From Fistulifera solaris (taxonomy: Eukaryota), in assembly GCA_030295235.1 (NCBI GenBank), contig AP026136.1:248001-312000 (forward strand): a DNA stretch of 64,000 bases, in the 5' to 3' direction. The notes beneath the pieces are model-generated. The model was given only the letters and a program-made list of their open reading frames with translations. It did not search any database and was not told where the DNA came from. This document shows, in pieces, positions 61,184 to 64,000 of the stretch (its first letter is position 1; each line of letters begins with the position of its first letter). A program made the position numbers and the translations under genes.

Positions 61184-64000
61184 TTAGTTGATAAGCTGCG
61201 TCAACATATGCTTGAGGTTTTGCCGATCTTCCGCGGACATGAGGCTCATGGCGCGGCCGAGACTCTTCCACAATGCCAGTGGTCCCAACACGGGCAGTGT
61301 TGCCACCAGCTGTCATGACCTGCACCACTTCTTGGATGACAACTTCCTTAGTGAACTCAACTATCTTTTGCTCCAGGAACGAGTTATTCTGGGCCATCCA
61401 CGAGAGGAAAACTTTGTCGTCGTTCCACATTTCTTCCTTCATGTTTGGAGATTCTACAAACCATTGTTTCATGACCGAAGTCGCCTGCAAAGGTTCGAGA
61501 GACTTGACACCACGCCCGACTTCTCCGGCCTCAATAATCTTCTGACGGAGGTCGAATTCTGCCAGTTTGCGACGAAGTCTCCAGTAAAAGAAGCTGCGTG
61601 CTTCCGACCATTCCACTTCACGCTCAATAACTCCAACAGCTTGCATGCGGCCCGGGGTATCATGTAGCTCGCAAAATTGGACCGCAATCTGCTCGTAAAC
61701 AGGGAGCAGCATCCGTTCGCGCGTTGTGATTTCTTCTTTGAGACTAGGCTTATCAGCGTCTGACGCCGATTTTAGCTTTGAGTCCAGCATTTTGAGTGTC
61801 TCATCGAGTCGATGCATGGTCATGATAAGGTCCTTGGAGCGGTACTTCACACTAGCAGCACCGTTAGCTTCAAGGACACCTCCACGTGCAGTACCTTTTG
61901 CCGCGTACATTTCCATTACAGATGCATTGATAGATGCATCAAGCACGACCCAGGCTCCTCCACGGATTTCGGCAAATGGAGGAATAAAGACAAACACGGG
62001 TTGCGTGTAGGCAACAAACGCGTCGACGATCAAGGATCCGTACTTAAGGACTTCATCAAACATGTCTCTTTGCCCGCCGCTAAATCCTCTCCAGTTCGCA
62101 AATACAATTAGCGGAAGATCTTCAGTCTTGAAGTCTTTAATGGCCTGAGCTGTTTTGTAGGCGCTATTAGGGAACCAGACACAACCAGCTTCCTGGATAA
62201 CAGCCTCTGAAGCGGCCACGTCGGCCGGATCAGCAGGCTTTACATTTTCGGCTGTACGGTTCTCTGTGATGACTACTCCCATCGGAATGCCACCTAGTCG
62301 AGCTCGGCCGACAACGACAGTCTTTGCCCACCCAGCCAAGGTCTCAGTAAAGCTTCCTTTATCAAAGAAGCCGCTCTGCCAGTTACCCTCTGCATCTTCG
62401 CCACCGGCTAGCAAGCAACGAGGATCATATGGTACACCAGGCGATGGCGTGAATCCAATCGATCGTTCGATGTCGTCAACTCCACGAATGTCTGAAATCG
62501 GCAGTAGCCCACCACGCACTGACGGAACAAATGAGAGCCAGTCGATAGCACTCTTGACAGCCTGAAGATGATCGTTCGCTACCAAATGTGAAACACCATT
62601 CAGGTACATGATCCCTGGGCCACCAAGTTGATCATTAGTGGAGTAAACATCGACACCCATGAGTTTATTCAATGCCTGATAACCGGTCAAAATAATCGGG
62701 GAGGCAGAATACTTTTGGATTGTGCGCTGACCGAGACGGACCAAATAAGCACCAATACCTACAGTTCTTCCGAGAACAATAGTCATTGTAAAGATATCAT
62801 CATATGCGATGCTGGTTTCACCTGCAATCAGACCAGATCCTTTTAGGTTCTCCACACCAAGATCTGGTTCAGACCCAATGATGTCAGTTATCTTGAAGAC
62901 ATCCTTCCCGTCCACGATAGCAGGTTCGGCTCGCAGTTCCTTAACGCCTTGGGTGGTCAAAGCATCGTAGTCCTCCTTTGACACATATAAGAAATCAAAA
63001 CCGCTTTCAGGCCGGGATGGATCTTTGAAAGCGACTTGAAAGCACTTTCTAATACGTTCGGCTAGTCCAATTCGTGCTCCTGAATTCGCGGCGACAAAAA
63101 GGCGGGGAATTCGATTTTCGCGGGCATACTCCGAAGCCATTTTGAAAACAACGTCTTCACGAGTTCCAAAGCTTCCTGCTTTGTAAGTTATGTCATTCGC
63201 AATCAACACAACTTGTCGTCCCTGTGTAGAATAAATTAGCCGACGGAATAAATACGCATATAAAACTGCGTCAACAAATTGTACGTACCTCGGGATACTC
63301 AACAGTTTTCAGTACAAGAAGCCATGCCACCATACCGACGTCATTGGTTCCTGCTCTTCTATTCATTTGAATAAGCTCCAAATCGCCCGTGTGGTAATCG
63401 TCCATAGTCCAGTTTTCGTTGGCAGACCCATCTTGTTTCTTAACTACTAGTTCTGTTGTGTACATGACCATGAGAGGTCGACCGGCACCTCTCATACCAA
63501 CGCCACCTTTCTTAGATGCCTCAAGCCATTGTTCTTCGACCGCGGCTTCGAATAAAGCCGGTAAGTCGTAGCAGTAAAGTGTGTCGGATGCCTTAAGAGC
63601 CGAATAGCGCTGTGCATCAAAAAGGCGAGTCAAAGGGTAGGGTGTGTTGACGTCAAGACCATCCCACGAGCTGTCCCCGGCGCTTGCTAGGCTCGCTTTT
63701 GTACCGCCAATCAGCTTGAAGACTAGTCCTACTCCATGCTCGTTTGCGGCTTCAACGTATGTGTTCATGACATGAACGTAACCAGTTGGGTTGCTAGCGA
63801 ACAGTCTGATTGCGATCGGGGGAGAGTCCTTGCTGAGACAGCACACAATCCTTGTTTCGACCTCCACTATACCAAGTGTAGACACTCTGTCACTATGGCG
63901 CTTCAAAATCGCTACCACCGTTTCTTCGACAACCACTGGGTCTAGTACAGCTTTTTCAAAGTCACTGACAAGGTTGAGGAACAAATGGTTGTCGCTCTTA
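61184..64000 (-). CDS. ACC: Acetyl-CoA carboxylase, central and carboxyltransferase domains (5' part outside the window); probably the cytosolic isoform
   Basis: ANDITYKAGSFG, ANSGARIG, GVENLKGSGLIAGETS, GRTVGIGAYLVRLGQR, ANWRGFSGGQRDM, LHDTPGRM; intron 63222-63288; indel ~61263 (restored end …HMLTQLIN*). The isoform call is inference. Confidence 0.95.

Overview
Gene-dense eukaryotic nuclear DNA. It is most likely a pennate diatom (inference): short GT-AG introns, bipartite signal+ASAFAP-type plastid presequences, and diatom-type hypothetical families. About 27 protein-coding loci: FoP/CHTOP-like, H1-like basic protein, P4-ATPase flippase, DUF3598-like, TYW2, mitochondrial carrier, lycopene beta-cyclase, ACAP-type ArfGAP, FEX fluoride exporter, PUB protein, DENN-ENTH fusion, two inverted NmrA-like paralogs, JmjC demethylase, Tim17/PRAT protein, RING-CH/MYND protein, APC6/CDC16, Mpv17-like (broken), LamG-like membrane protein, PI-PLC, bacterial-type CoA-disulfide reductase-rhodanese (heavily broken), AAA ATPase, NOB1, and the 3' part of acetyl-CoA carboxylase. 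About 15 genes carry single-base indels, mostly in homopolymers, most simply explained as sequencing/assembly error. No CRISPR, rRNA, tRNA or intact transposon was seen. The best leads are recurrent palindromic (GGTACC)n arrays upstream of genes, an inverted NmrA pair with mosaic identity, an intron-containing bacterial-type CoADR-rhodanese, unusual domain fusions (DENN-ENTH, RING-CH+MYND, signal-peptide Tim17), and a possible structured RNA near 20.2 kb. I cannot support a clearly new multi-gene system from sequence alone.
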